This document shows positions 38,184 to 52,400 of a DNA stretch of 64,000 nucleotides, in pieces (the first letter of the stretch is position 1; every line of letters begins with the position of its first letter). The notes under the pieces are model-generated. The model worked only from the letters and a program-made list of their open reading frames with translations, searched no databases and had not been told where the DNA came from. The stretch comes from Eledone cirrhosa (Eukaryota). Position numbers and translations under genes: made by a program. The stretch covers positions 496,001 to 560,000 of the forward strand of contig OZ024762.1 in the NCBI GenBank assembly GCA_964016885.1, written 5' to 3'.

Positions 38184-41049
38184 GTAGAGTTACAAGGTAA
38201 ATGCGTCCATAGGCAGTATGCCGGTTGAGTACTCGGTGCTCGTGCAGAGCAAAGTATATTATAAAGAACGAGGATTCAGTGTTGCATCATATCACATTTA
38301 TTAACATATTACATATGTTTCTCTATCAATCAGCTCGAGGCAAGATCTATTACAGATCGAACCTGACTCTGCAATCGAAAGTTCTTCAGATATGTTTTGT
38401 GTGTGAGATTGTCTCCAATTTTTCATATATATATATATATATATACTGTAGTAAAAGTTACATGGAAATATCCAAAGGTAAGAGCACTCAGTCCATAGGA
38501 TGAGTTTCGTATAAATAATTACAACAGTGACATAAACAAGTACTCAAGTTCCGTTGGCTTCTGGACCCCAATTCAGCCTGCCATGAGAAAAATAAAATAA
38601 AGATGGCCGCATAGCGTTGATTGTGTTTTCCTTTTAGGAAAATATCATAAGAGTTTGATCAAAGGTAGGTAATTTGGAATATATTTAGAAAAAGGGTTGT
38701 TTTTTTTAAATTAGAAGGTACGGTCGGGGGAGGTAAATCTTGAGAGACCACAGTCAAGCTTGACTAAAAATAGAAGAAAATTATTTTTTTCCAGTTGACT
38801 CAAAGAATCCAATTTCCCTGATATACATATATATAATAGTTAGTAAATCAAAGTATACTTCTACACCTGTTAGTCAGGCCTAATCCATTTACTCAAAATA
38901 CACTTCTTCTCATGGAGACAATCACCAAAGCAATGAAACCGTGTGTTGAGGCAGTACTTATCTGAAGCTAATGGCTTTTAGTCCAGTTCTTTGGAGCCAG
39001 TTTTGTGTATTATTATTATTTTGTTATTTATTTTCTTGTATTTTCTTATATTTTTATGAAAGTTTGTGAAGTGTTGTTTGCTGTGATTTGAACTGTTGTG
39101 TTTCTTTCTGTTTAATTTCAGTCTACTATGGTGATTATTTCAAATATCATTTGGCCTGGTGGAAGGAGATCGAAGATCGATCAAATGCATTGATTGTTTC
39201 TTATGAAGAAGCCTCACAGGTAAGAAAGAATAATATGTATGTGTGGCTATATGTGTGTAAGGTAGTATATGTGGGTATGTGTTGAGTGTGTGGGTGTACA
39301 TGTGTGAGAGTGTGAGTGTGTGTGTGTATCATCATCATCATCATCATCATCGTTTAACGTCCATCTTCCACGCTTGCATGGGTTTGGACGGGAGTTTTCC
39401 CACTTGAGGCAAGAGTGGTTGTTTTGGTCGCATAGGACTGTCTGGCGGGTTTTCTACGGCTGGATGCCCTTCCTAACACCAACCACGTTTATAGTGTAGA
39501 CTGGGAGGTTTTTACCGTGTTACCTACACGGCCACATTACAGCATGGACTGTGTGTTTTTTTGTCGTGACACCTACACGACCTCATTTGTTTCGGACTGG
39601 ATGTTGTGGTACCAACATAACTTTAGATTGAAAGGGGTGGTGTGGATGGGGTGGGGGTAGTGGGACAGGGGTGTATTTTGTTAGAGGTGCCTACTCACTG
39701 TAGGTTTTGCTTTGTACTTAGGCAAGGCGGGTCTTCTGTATTACTGTGTAGCGCCAAAGATCTCGGTCCAGTGACATTGTCTTGGAGAGGTGTAAGTGTG
39801 TGAGGTCGGAATTTATCAAGTCATCCCAGGTTTTTCTGGGTCTGCCTACTCCGTGGCTACCGTCTATTTTTTATTGCCCTGCACTTTTTTATACAGCTGT
39901 CGTCTTTCATGCGCATCACGTGACCATACCAACGTAGTCTGTGTATGTATATATATATATATATATATGCAACCAACTTATAAAATTATGACATTTCTAT
40001 TTTACTGTTCCTATGCTGTATTAAAAAATATTTTGTAAAATTAAAAATAATGAAAATAATATATTTATTGTGTACAGTGCTCAGGTGCACAACAACTCAT
40101 CAAAGGTGCATGTATAGTACATAGAATAATGTAGAAATGTGAGGAAAGTGAACAGTGTATGAATTATGATAGACACACAGATACGTGCATGCGTATGGAG
40201 TGGGAATATCAGGTGTAGTGTAGGTAAATTCTTATTTTATTTCTGTATATTGCAGGATCTTGAAAAAGTAGTTTGTAAAATTAGTAAATTCCTTCAAGTA
40301 GACCTGGATGAAGACTTGTGTAAAGACATTTCTGATCTCTGCACATTTAAGAAAATGAAAGCTGAAAAGGCATCTGAAAATGTTGGGCCACTTCCAACAC
40401 ACTTATGGAAACCAAATATGTCTTTTTACCGAACTGGTAAGTTAACTCTTTTGGGACCAGATTTTTAATGAAATACACACTACTTCCGCTTCTTCTTCTC
40501 TTCCTGTTTTGCCCCTTATTCCTGAGAGGGTCGTGGGGGGAGGGGGGGGGGGGGGAGAATTCTCAAACACTCCTTCCAGTGGGTCCTGTTGCCAACTGAT
40601 CGAGCTGGATGCTCAAGCAAGACCAGCCAAGCGCATGGACTTCATCTTACTTGGCGTGGGTCTCCTACCTGTTGGTTTTGCCCATAAAATCTGTTTAACG
40701 ATTCTCTCCTGAGACATTCTAACCACATGTCCATAGTATCAGAGCTGTGATGTCTCAATTCAGAGAAGTAGCAGCTCTACCTGGAGTGACTCTCATCTCT
40801 CCTACCTACCTATCTTCTTCATCATTACCAGGTCACACAAATCCTAACAGTTTCTCTTTCTCTCTCTTCATCTCGTGCTGCTGCTGCTACTGCTGCTGCT
40901 GCTACTACTACTGCTGCTGCGGCTGCCATTTCTCAGGTAAAGTGGCAACATGGAAACAATGGTTAACAGTGGCACAAAGTGAAAGTATTGACCAACGTTC
41001 TAACAAAGAACTCAAAGACTATGCTGACTACATCCAGTTTACCATCTGA
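33059..41049 (+). CDS. Cytosolic sulfotransferase (SULT family) homolog, 315 aa; exons 33059-33296, 37253-37570, 39122-39219, 40256-40436, 40937-41049
   Basis: All four introns are GT-AG and phase-compatible (948 nt including the stop). Motifs: [17 protein letters not shown] (5'-PSB loop region), SPRVLNSH (catalytic His), RNPKDVVVS (3'-PB), [32 protein letters not shown] and the [10 protein letters not shown] dimerisation motif (KxxxTVxxxE). Confidence 0.92.
33487..33556 (+). ncRNA. Type I hammerhead-like motif
   Basis: TTACAT CTGATGA ..(irregular stem II).. GAAACC(TTT)GGTA|ATGGAA, lying within a ~33-bp inverted repeat. Confidence 0.5.
33649..33699 (-). ncRNA. Minimal type I hammerhead ribozyme variant
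   Basis: Reverse complement reads GCTGT CTGAAGA AAT CATGA(TATCTATCG)TCATG GAAAT ATGT ATA|ACGGC; stem I GCTGT/ACGGC. Confidence 0.65.
33914..34378 (+). mobile_element. RTE LINE 3' end (same family as 22981)
   Basis: agacaatgtcactggaccgaga..aggaagggcatccagc..(gat)n matches ~23253-23705. Confidence 0.85.
35070..35620 (-). mobile_element. Internal RTE-like LINE ORF fragment
   Basis: [53 protein letters not shown] resembles the linker between the endonuclease and RT domains of non-LTR elements. Confidence 0.7.
36698..36752 (-). ncRNA. Minimal type I hammerhead ribozyme (inverted copy of 36889-36943)
   Basis: Reverse complement reads ATTGC CTGAAGA GGTCACAGCCAATGATGACTGTCACC GAAA TATATATA GTAGT. 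Confidence 0.8.
36889..36943 (+). ncRNA. Minimal type I hammerhead ribozyme
   Basis: Stem I ACTGC/GTAGT; core CTGAAGA; stem II GGT-C-ACAGCCA(ATGA)TGGCTGT-C-ACC with the canonical G10.1-C11.1 pair; GAAA; palindromic stem III ATATATAT; AUA triplet (predicted cut after 36938). Confidence 0.85.
38303..38396 (-). ncRNA. Type I hammerhead ribozyme with long stem II
   Basis: Reverse complement reads AACATAT CTGAAGA ..~60-nt structured stem II.. GAAAC ATAT GTA|ATATGTT: perfect 7-bp stem I, palindromic stem III ACATATGT, GUA triplet. Confidence 0.75.
39329..39939 (-). mobile_element. RTE LINE 3' end (same family)
   Basis: Reverse complement matches ~23100-23705; (cat)n tail at 39329. Confidence 0.85.
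40485..40810 (-). mobile_element. Decayed RTE-type 3' end with (GAA)n tail
   Basis: The reverse strand gives a degenerate [15 protein letters not shown]-like peptide and ends in a (gaa)n tail. Confidence 0.5.
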
Positions 41050-41328
41050 CCAAAAACTACAAAATTCGGCCACCATATATAAACCAGTTTGTGTAGTAGG
41101 TGTATGTGTCTGCCTGTGTGTATGTTTGTATGCGTGTGTGTGTGTGCGTATGTGTAAAAAGTAGAGAGAAAGGAAGAGAGAGAGAGAAGGAAGGAGGGAG
41201 GGAGGAGAGAGAGACAGGGGAGAGAAAAGAAAGAACGAGAAAGAGAGAGAGAAAACAGGTTTCTAAGACAGAAACGAGGTTCTTTCATTGGAATTTAGAG
41301 ATAAACTAGGTAAATATGTATCTGTATG

Positions 41329-41359
<31 letters not shown>

Positions 41360-41396
41360 GTATGTATATATATGTATGTATATATGTGTATGTATG

Positions 41397-41479
<83 letters not shown>

Positions 41480-41520
41480 AAGTATGTGTATGTTTATATA
41501 TATAAGTGTTTATATATGTG

Positions 41521-41581
<61 letters not shown>

Positions 41582-41686
41582 AAGTATGTGTATGTTATAT
41601 AAGTGTGTATATATGTGTATGTATATATATATATATGTGTAAGTATGTGTATGTTTATATATATATGTGTTTATATATGTGTGTGT

Positions 41687-41722
<36 letters not shown>

Positions 41723-41916
41723 AAGTATGTGTATGTTTATATAAGTGTGTATATATGTGTATGTATATATATATATGTGTGTAAGTATGTGTATGTTTAT
41801 ATATATAAGTATGTATATATGTATGTACATATCTGTGTGTCTACATATATATATATATGTATGTGTATTTATATATGATATATATATATGTGTGTACATC
41901 ACAGCACTTCAGTATA

Positions 41917-41922
41917 AATAAA
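41917..41922 (+). terminator. Candidate polyadenylation signal of the sulfotransferase gene
   Basis: AATAAA (second copy at ~41949) in a non-repetitive island ~0.9 kb after the stop codon. Confidence 0.4.
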
Positions 41923-42090
41923 GGACTTATCATTATTTTACATGGCTGAAATAAAACTTATATAAAAACTTATTTGTAGTTTTACTAAAGATTATTGCGA
42001 TATATATATACATATATATATATACATATATATCATCATCATCATCATCTTCGTTTAACATCCATTTTCCACACTAGCATGGGTTAGACA

Positions 42091-42160
<70 letters not shown>

Positions 42161-42745
42161 TTTGCAAGGTATTTGATATGTATTTTTTATATATATATAT
42201 TTGTATGTATATATATATATTTGTATGTATATATATATATATATGTATGTATATATATATATATATATATGTATGTATCTATCTATATATATATGTATGT
42301 ATATATATGTATATATGTATATATAATTATATATGTATATATATATATATATATGTATAAATATATATATATATATGTATAAATATATATGTATACATGT
42401 ATATATATATATATATATATGTATAAATATATGTATATATATATATATGTATATATATATATGTTATATATGTATATATATGTATATATATATATATATA
42501 TATATGTATATGTATATATATATATGTATATGTATATATATATATGTATATATATATATATGTATATATATATGTATATATACATATATGTATATATGTA
42601 TGTATGTATATATATATATATATATATATATAAATATGTATATATATATATATATATGTATGTATATATATATATGTATATATATTTATGTATATATATA
42701 TATGTATATATATTTATGTATATATATATGTATATATATTTATGT

Positions 42746-42779
<34 letters not shown>

Positions 42780-42820
42780 CTATGTATATGTATATATGTA
42801 TATATATATATGTATGTATG

Positions 42821-42851
<31 letters not shown>

Positions 42852-42880
42852 GTATGTATATATATATATGTATGTAGATG

Positions 42881-42919
<39 letters not shown>

Positions 42920-43066
42920 CCAAAAGTTAAACAAGGTTCATTGATTAATCAATGAATATAGTTTTACAATAGATTAGAAGCACTCAACAAAGATGTTTTC
43001 TGGAATTATTAGTGCCAAGACTGGAATTAAACCATCAGCACAGTTGAGGTATGTCATACATTAATT

Positions 43067-43132
43067 TATTTTATCTGATGAGGACGTACTGAGGAAACAG
43101 CACAGAACCTCTGAAATATGTATAATAAAATA
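43067..43132 (+). ncRNA. Type I hammerhead ribozyme
   Basis: TATTTTAT CTGATGA GGA..TCT GAAAT ATGT ATA|ATAAAATA: perfect 8-bp stem I. Confidence 0.65.
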
Positions 43133-43401
43133 TATTTGATCACATGAATGTCTATATTTATTAATATTTTGAATTTATATATATATATATATGTGTGTGT
43201 GTATATGTATATATATATGTGTATATGTTTATATATGTATGTATATATATTTATATATATGTATATATCTGTTTGTATATATATGTATGTATATATATAT
43301 ATGTATGTATATGTATATATATATATGTATGTATCTATATATATATATATGTATATGTATGTATATATATATATATATGTATATATATGTGTGTATATAT
43401 A

Positions 43402-46400
43402 TGATGCTGTTTATAGCCATTTTAGTGTTATTTTACTTATTTATAACGCAATTTAGCCATTTTGGAGTTCTTTTAGCAATGTTTGGGTCATTTTATTCAT
43501 TTATGATGCCGTTTTAGCCATTTTAGGGTTAAATTAGTGATTTATGATGCCGTTTTAGCCATTTTAGTGTCATTTCACTCATTTATGCAGTTTTTAGATA
43601 TTTTAGAGTCATTTTAGTCATTTATGATGTCGTTTTAGTCTCATTTTAATCTTTTATAATGCAGTTTTAGCCATTTTAGAGTCATTTTGTCATTTATGAT
43701 GGCGTTTTCTGAAATTTTGGGGTCATTATATTCATTTATGATGCCGTTTTAGCTATTTTAGTGTCACTTTAGTCATTTATGATGCCGTTTTAGACATTTT
43801 AGAGTCATTTGAGCCATTTTAGAGTAATTCTAGTCATTTATGATGCTGTTTATAGCCATTTTAGGGTTAAATTAGTGATTTATGATGCCGTTTTAGCCAT
43901 TTTAGTGTCATTTTAGTCATTTATGATGCCGTTTTAGACATTTTAGAGTCATTTGAGCCATTTTAGAGTAATTCTAGTCATTTATGATGCTGTTTATAGC
44001 CATTTTAGGGTTAAATTAGTGATTTATGATGCCGTTTTAGCCATTTTAGTGTCATTTTAGTCATTTATGATGCCGTTTTAGGCATTTTAGGGTCATTTTA
44101 ATACTTTATGATGCCCTTTTAGCCATTTTAGGGTCATTTTAGCCATTTTAGAGTAATTTTAGTCCTTTATCATGCTGTTTATAGTCATTTTAGTGTCACT
44201 TTAGTTATTTATGATGCCGTTTTAGCCATTTTAGTGTCATTTCACTCATTTATGATGCAGTTTTTAGACATTTTAGAGTCATTTTAGTCATTTATAATGC
44301 CGTTTTAGCCATTTTAGAGTAATTTTAGTCCTTTATGATGCTGTTTATAGTCATTTTAGAGTCATTTTACGCATTTATGTTGCCGTTTTAGCCATTTTAG
44401 AATCATTTTATTCATTTATGATGCCATTTTAGAATCATTTTAGTCATTTATGATGTCGTTTTAGCCATTTTAGTGTCATTTTAGTCATTTATGATGCCGT
44501 TTTAGACATTTTAGAGTCATTTGAGCCATTTTAGAGTAATTTTAGTCATTTATGATGCTGTTTATAGCCATTTTAGGGTTAAATTAGTGATTTATGATGC
44601 CGTTTTAGCCATTTTAGTGTCATTTTAGTCATTTATGATGCCGTTTTAGCCATTTTAGGGTCATTTTAATACTTTATGATGCCCTTTTAGCCATTTTAGG
44701 GTAATTTTAGCCATTTTAGAGTAATTTTAGTCCTTTATGATGCTGTTTATAGTCATTTTAGTGTCATTTTAGTTATTTATGATGCCGTTTTAGCCATTTT
44801 AGTGTCATTTCACTCATTTATGATGCAGTTTTTAGACATTTTAGAGTCATTTTAGTCATTTATAATGCCGTTTTAGCCATTTTAGAATCATTTTACTCAT
44901 TTATGATGCTGTTTATAGCCATTTTAGTGTCATTTTACTCATTTATGAGGCAATTTAGCCATTTAAGAGTTCTTTTAGTCTTTTATGATGCCATTTTAGC
45001 GAGTTTCTTGTCGTTTCAGTCATTCATGATGCCGTTTTATCCATTTTATAGTTATTTTGTCATTTATGATGGCGTTTTCAGCAATGTTTGGGTCATTGTA
45101 TTCATTTATGATGCCGTTTTAGCCATTTTAGGGTCAAATTAGTGATTTATGATGTCGTTTTAGCCATTTTAGTGTCATTTCACTCATTTATGATGCAGTT
45201 TTTAGACATTTTAGAGTCATTTTAGTGATTTATGATGCCGTTTTAGCCATTTTATTGTCATTTCACTCATTTATGCAGTTTTTAGATATTTTAGAGTCAT
45301 TTTAGTCATTTATGATGTCGTTTTACTCTCATTTTAATCTTTTATAATGCAGTTTTAGCCATTTTAGAGTCATTTTGTCATTTATGATGGCGTTTTCTGC
45401 AATTTTGGGGTCATTTTATTCATTTAAGATGCCGTTTTAGCGATTTTAGAATCATTTTAGTCATTTATGATGCCGTTTTAGCCATTTTAGTTTCATTTTA
45501 GTCATTTATGATGCCGTTTTAGACATTTTAGGGTTATTTTAATACTTTATGATGCCCTTTTAGCCATTTTAGGGTCATTTTAGCCATTTTAGAGTAATTT
45601 TAGTCCTTTATGATGCTGTTTATAGTCATTTTAGTGTCACTTTAGTTATTTATGATGCCGTTTTAGCCATTTTAGTGTCATTTCACTCATTTATGATGCA
45701 GTTTTTAGACATTTTAGAGTCATTTTAGTCATTTATAATGCCGTTTTAGCCATTTTAGAATCATTTTACTCATTTATGATGCTGTTTATAGCCATTTTAG
45801 TGTCATTTTACTCATTTATGAGGCAATTTAGCCATTTAAGAGTCCTTTTAGTCTTTTATGATGCCATTTTAGCGAGTTTCTTGTCGTTTCAGTCATTCAT
45901 GATGCCGTTTTATCCATTTTATAGTTATTTTGTCATTTATGATGGCGTTTTCAGCAATGTTTGGGTCATTGTATTCATTTATGATGCCGTTTTAGCCATT
46001 TTAGGGTCAAATTAGTGATTTATGATGTCGTTTTAGCCATTTTAGTGTCATTTCACTCATTTATGATGCAGTTTTTAGACATTTTAGAGTCATTTTAGTG
46101 ATTTATGATGCCGTTTTAGCCATTTTATTGTCATTTCACTCATTTATGCAGTTTTTAGATATTTTAGAGTCATTTTAGTCATTTATGATGTCGTTTTACT
46201 CTCATTTTAATCTTTTATAATGCAGTTTTAGCCATTTTAGAGTCATTTTGTCATTTATGATGGCGTTTTCTGCAATTTTGGGGTCATTTTATTCATTTAA
46301 GATGCCGTTTTAGCGATTTTAGAATCATTTTAGTCATTTATGATGCCGTTTTAGCCATTTTAGTTTCATTTTAGTCATTTATGATGCCGTTTTAGACATT

Positions 46401-49400
46401 TTAGGGTTATTTTAATACTTTATGATGCCCTTTTAGCCATTTTAGGGTCATTTTAGCCATTTTAGAGTAATTTTAGTCCTTTATGATGCTGTTTATAGTC
46501 ATTTTAGTGTCACTTTAGTTATTTATGATGCCGTTTTAGCCATTTTAGTGTCATTTCACTCATTTATGATGCAGTTTTTAGACATTTTAGAGTCATTTTA
46601 GTCATTTATAATGCCGTTTTAGCCATTTTAGAATCATTTTACTCATTTATGATGCTGTTTATAGCCATTTTAGTGTCATTTTACTCATTTATGAGGCAAT
46701 TTAGCCATTTAAGAGTCCTTTTAGTCTTTTATGATGCCATTTTAGGGAGTTTCGTGTCGTTTTAGTCATTCATGATTCCGTTTTATCCATTTTATAGTTA
46801 TTTTGTCATTTATGATGGCGTTTTCAGCAATGTTTGGGTCATTATATTCATTTATGATGCCGTTTTAGCCAGTTTAGGGTCAAATTAGTGATTTATGATG
46901 TCGTTTTAGCCATTTTAGTGTCATTTCACTCATTTATGATGCAGTCTTTAGACATTTTAGAGTCATTTTAGTGATTTATGATGCCGTTTTAGCCATTTTA
47001 GTGTCATTTCACTCATTTATGCAATTTTTAAATATTTTAGAGTCATTTTAGTCATTTATGATGTCGTTTTAGTCTCATTTTAATCTTTTATAATGCAGTT
47101 TTAGCCATTTTAGAGTCATTTTGTCATTTATGATGGCGTTTTCTGCAATTTTGGGGTCATTTTATTCATTTAAGATGCCGTTTTAGCGATTTTAGAATCA
47201 TTTTAGTCATTTATGATGCCGTTTTAGCCATTTTAGTTACATTTTAGTCATTTATGATAACGTTTTAGACATTTTAGAGTCATTTGAGCCATTTTAGAGT
47301 AATTCTAGTCATTTATGATGCTGTTTATAGCCATTTTAGGGTTAAATTAGTGATTTATGATGCCGTTTTAGCCATTTTAGTGTCATTTTAGTCATTTATG
47401 ATGCCGTTTTAGCCATTTTAGGGTCATTTTAATACTTTATGATGCCCTTTTAGCCATTTTAGGGTCATTTTAGCCATTTTAGAGTAATTTTAGTCCTTTA
47501 TGATGCTGTTTATAGTCACTTTAGAGTCATTTTACGCATTTATGTTGCCGTTTTAGCCATTTTAGAATCATTTTATTCATTTATGATGCCGTTTTAGCCA
47601 TTTTAGTGTCATTTTAGTCTTTTATAATGCCGTTTTAGCCATTTTAGAATCATTTTACTCATTTATGATGCTGTTTATAGCCATTTTAGTGTCATTTTAC
47701 TCATTTATGAGGCAATTTAGCCATTTAAGAGTCCTTTTAGTCTTTTATGATGCCATTTTAGGGAGTTTCTTGTCGTTTTAGTCATTCATGATGCCGTTTT
47801 ATCCATTTTATAGTTATTTTGTCATTTATGATGGCGTTTTCAGCAATGTTTGGGTCATTGTATTCATTTATGATGCCGTTTTAGCCATTTTAGGGTCAAA
47901 TTAGTGATTTATGATGTCGTTTTAGCCATTTTAGTGTCATTTCACTCATTTATGATGCAGTTTTTAGACATTTTAGAGTCATTTTAGTGATTTATGATGC
48001 CGTTTTAGCCATTTTATTGTCATTTCACTCATTTATGCAGTTTTTAGATATTTTAGAGTCATTTTAGTCATTTATGATGTCGTTTTACTCTCATTTTAAT
48101 CTTTTATAATGCAATTTTAGCCATTTTAGAGTCATTTTGTCATTTATGATGGCGTTTTCTGCAATTTTGGGGTCATTTTATTCATTTAAGATGCCGTTTT
48201 AGCGATTTTAGAATCATTTTAGTCATTTATGATGCCGTTTTAGCCATTTTAGTTTCATTTTAGTCATTTATGATGCCGTTTTAGACATTTTAGAGTCATT
48301 TGAGCCATCTTAGAGTAATTCTAGTCATTTATGATGCTGTTTATAGCCATTTTAGGGTAATTTTAGTCATTTATGATGCCGTTTTAGCCATTTTAGGGTC
48401 ATTTTAATACTTTATGATGCCCTTTTAGCCATTTTAGGGTCATTTTAGCCATTTTAGAGTAATTTTAGTCCTTTATGATGCTGTTTATAGTCATTTTAGA
48501 GTCATTTTAGTCATTTATGATGCCGTTTTAGCCATTTTAGTGTCATTTTAGTCATTTATGATGCCGTTTTAGACATTTTAGAGTCATTTGAGCCATTTTA
48601 GAGTAATTCTAGTCATTTATGATGCTGTTTATAGCCATTTTAGGGTTAAATTAGTGATTTATGATGCCGTTTTAGCCATTTTAGTGTCATTTTAGTCATT
48701 TATGATGCCGTTTTAGCCATTTTAGGGTCATTTTAATACTTTATGATGCCCTTTTAGCCATTTTAGGGTCATTTTAGCCATTTTAGAGTAATTTTAGTCC
48801 TTTATGATGCTGTTTATAGTCATTTTAGAGTCATTTTACGCATTTATGTTGCCGTTTTAGCCATTTTAGAATCATTTTATTCATTTAAGATGCCATTTTA
48901 GAATCATTTTAGTCATTTATGATGCCGTTTTAGCCATTTTAGTGTCATTTTAGTCATTTATGATGCCGTTTTAGACATTTTAGTTACATTTTAGTCATTT
49001 ATGATAACGTTTTAGACATTTTAGAGTCATTTGAGCCATTTTAGAGTAATTCTAGTCATTTATGATGCTGTTTATAGCCATTTTAGGGTTAAATTAGTGA
49101 TTTATGATGCCGTTTTAGCCATTTTAGTGTCATTTTAGTCATTTATGATGCCGTTTTAGCCATTTTAGGGTCATTTTAATACTTTATGATGCCCTTTTAG
49201 CCATTTTAGGGTCATTTTAGCCATTTTAGAGTAATTTTAGTCCTTTATGGTGTTGTTTATAGTCATTTTAGAGTCATTTTACGCATTTATGTTGCCGTTT
49301 TAGCCATTTTAGAATCATTTTATTCATTTATGATGCCGTTTTAGCCATTTTAGTGTCATTTTAGTCTTTTATGATGCCGTTTTAGACATTTTAGAGTTAT

Positions 49401-52400
49401 TTGAGCCATTTTAGAGTAATTCTAGTCATTTATGATGCTGTTTATAGCCATTTTAGGGTTAAATTAGTGATTTATGATGCCGTTTTAGCCATTTTAGTGT
49501 CATTTTAGTCATTTATGATGCCGTTTTAGCCATTTTAGGGTCATTTTAATACTTTATGATGCCCTTTTAGCCATTTTAGGGTCATTTTAGCCATTTTAGA
49601 GTAATTTTAGTCCTTTATGATGCTGTTTATAGTCATTTTAGAGTCATTTTACGCATTTATGTTGCCGTTTTAGCCATTTTAGAATCATTTTATTCATTTA
49701 AGATGCCATTTTAGAATCATTTTAGTCATTTATGATGCCGTTCTAGCCATTTTAGTGTCATTTTAGTCATTTATGATGCCGTTTTAGACATTTTAGAGTC
49801 ATTTGAGCCATTTTAGAGTAATTCTAGTCATTTATGATGCTGTTTATAGCCATTTTAGGGTTAAAGTAGTGATTTATGATGCCGTTTTAGCCATTTTAGT
49901 GTCATTTTAGTCATTTATGATGCCGTTTTAGCCATTTTAGGGTCATTTTAGTCATTTATGATGCTGTTTTAGACATTTTAGTGTCATTTGAGCCATTTTA
50001 GAGTAATTCTAGTCATTTATGATGCTGTTTATAGCCATTTTAGGGTAATTTTAGTCATTTATGATGCCGTTTTAGCCATTTTAGGGTCATTTTAATACTT
50101 TATGATGCCCTTTTAGCCATTTTAGGGTCATTTTAGCCATTTTAGAGTAATTTTAGTCCTTTATGATGCTGTTTATAGTCATTTTAGAGTCATTTTAGTC
50201 ATTTATGATGCCGTTTTAGCCATTTTAGTGTCATTTTAGTCATTTATGATGCCGTTTTAGACATTTTAGAGTCATTTGAGCCATTTTAGAGTAATTCTAG
50301 TCATTTATGATGCTGTTTATAGCCATTTTAGGGTTAAATTAGTGATTTATGATGCCGTTTTAGCCATTTTAGTGTCATTTTAGTCATTTATGATGCCGTT
50401 TTAGCCATTTTAGGGTCATTTTAATACTTTATGATGCCCTTTTAGCCATTTTAGGGTCATTTTAGCCATTTTAGAGTAATTTTAGTCCTTTATGATGCTG
50501 TTTATAGTCATTTTAGAGTCATTTTACGCATTTATGTTGCCGTTTTAGCCATTTTAGAATCATTTTATTCATTTAAGATGCCATTTTAGAATCATTTTAG
50601 TCATTTATGATGCCGTTTTAGCCATTTTAGTGTCATTTTAGTCATTTATGATGCCGTTTTAGACATTTTAGTTACATTTTAGTCATTTATGATAACGTTT
50701 TAGACATTTTAGAGTCATTTGAGCCATTTTAGAGTAATTCTAGTCATTTATGATGCTGTTTATAGCCATTTTAGGGTTAAATTAGTGATTTATGATGCCG
50801 TTTTAGCCATTTTAGTGTCATTTTAGTCATTTATGATGCCGTTTTAGCCATTTTAGGGTCATTTTAATACTTTATGATGCCCTTTTAGCCATTTTAGGGT
50901 CATTTTAGCCATTTTAGAGTAATTTTAGTCCTTTATGGTGTTGTTTATAGTCATTTTAGAGTCATTTTACGCATTTATGTTGCCGTTTTAGCCATTTTAG
51001 AATCATTTTATTCATTTATGATGCCGTTTTAGCCATTTTAGTGTCATTTTAGTCTTTTATGATGCCGTTTTAGACATTTTAGAGTTATTTGAGCCATTTT
51101 AGAGTAATTCTAGTCATTTATGATGCTGTTTATAGCCATTTTAGGGTTAAATTAGTGATTTATGATGCCGTTTTAGCCATTTTAGTGTCATTTTAGTCAT
51201 TTATGATGCCGTTTTAGCCATTTTAGGGTCATTTTAATACTTTATGATGCCCTTTTAGCCATTTTAGGGTCATTTTAGCCATTTTAGAGTAATTTTAGTC
51301 CTTTATGATGCTGTTTATAGTCATTTTAGAGTCATTTTACGCATTTATGTTGCCGTTTTAGCCATTTTAGAATCATTTTATTCATTTAAGATGCCATTTT
51401 AGAATCATTTTAGTCATTTATGATGCCGTTCTAGCCATTTTAGTGTCATTTTAGTCATTTATGATGCCGTTTTAGACATTTTAGAGTCATTTGAGCCATT
51501 TTAGAGTAATTCTAGTCATTTATGATGCTGTTTATAGCCATTTTAGGGTTAAAGTAGTGATTTATGATGCCGTTTTAGCCATTTTAGTGTCATTTTAGTC
51601 ATTTATGATGCCGTTTTAGCCATTTTAGGGTCATTTTAGTCATTTATGATGCCGTTTTAGACATTTTAGTGTCATTTGAGCCATTTTAGAGTAATTCTAG
51701 TCATTTATGATGCTGTTTATAGCCATTTTATGGTTAAATTAGTGATTTATGATGCCGTTTTAGCAATTTTAGTGTCATTTTAGTCATTTATGATGCCGTT
51801 TTAGCCATTTTAGGGTCATTTTAATACTTTATGATGCCCTTTTAGCCATTTTAGGGTCATTTTAGCCATTTTAGAGTAATTTTAGTCCTTTATGTTGCTG
51901 TTTATAGTCATTTTAGAGTCATTTTACGCATTTATGTTGCCGTTTTAGCCATTTTAGAATCATTTTATTCATTTATGATGCCGTTTTAGCCATTTTAGTG
52001 TCATTTTAGTCATTTATGATGCCGTTTTAGACATTTTAGAGTCATTTGAGCCATTTTAGAGTAATTCTAGTCATTTATGATGCTGTTTATAGCCATTTTA
52101 GGGTTAAATTAGTGATTTATGATGCCGTTTTAGCCATTTTAGTGTCATTTTAGTCATTTATGATGCCGTTTTAGCCATTTTAGGGTCATTTTAATACTTT
52201 ATGATGCCCTTTTAGCCATTTTAGGGTCATTTTAGCCATTTTAGAGTAATTTTAGTCCTTTATGATGCTGTTTATAGTCATTACAGAGTCATTTTACGCA
52301 TTTATGTTGCCGTTTTAGCCATTTTAGAATCATTTTATTCATTTATGATGCCATTTTAGAATCATTTTAGTCATTTATGATGCCGTTTTAGCCATTTTAG

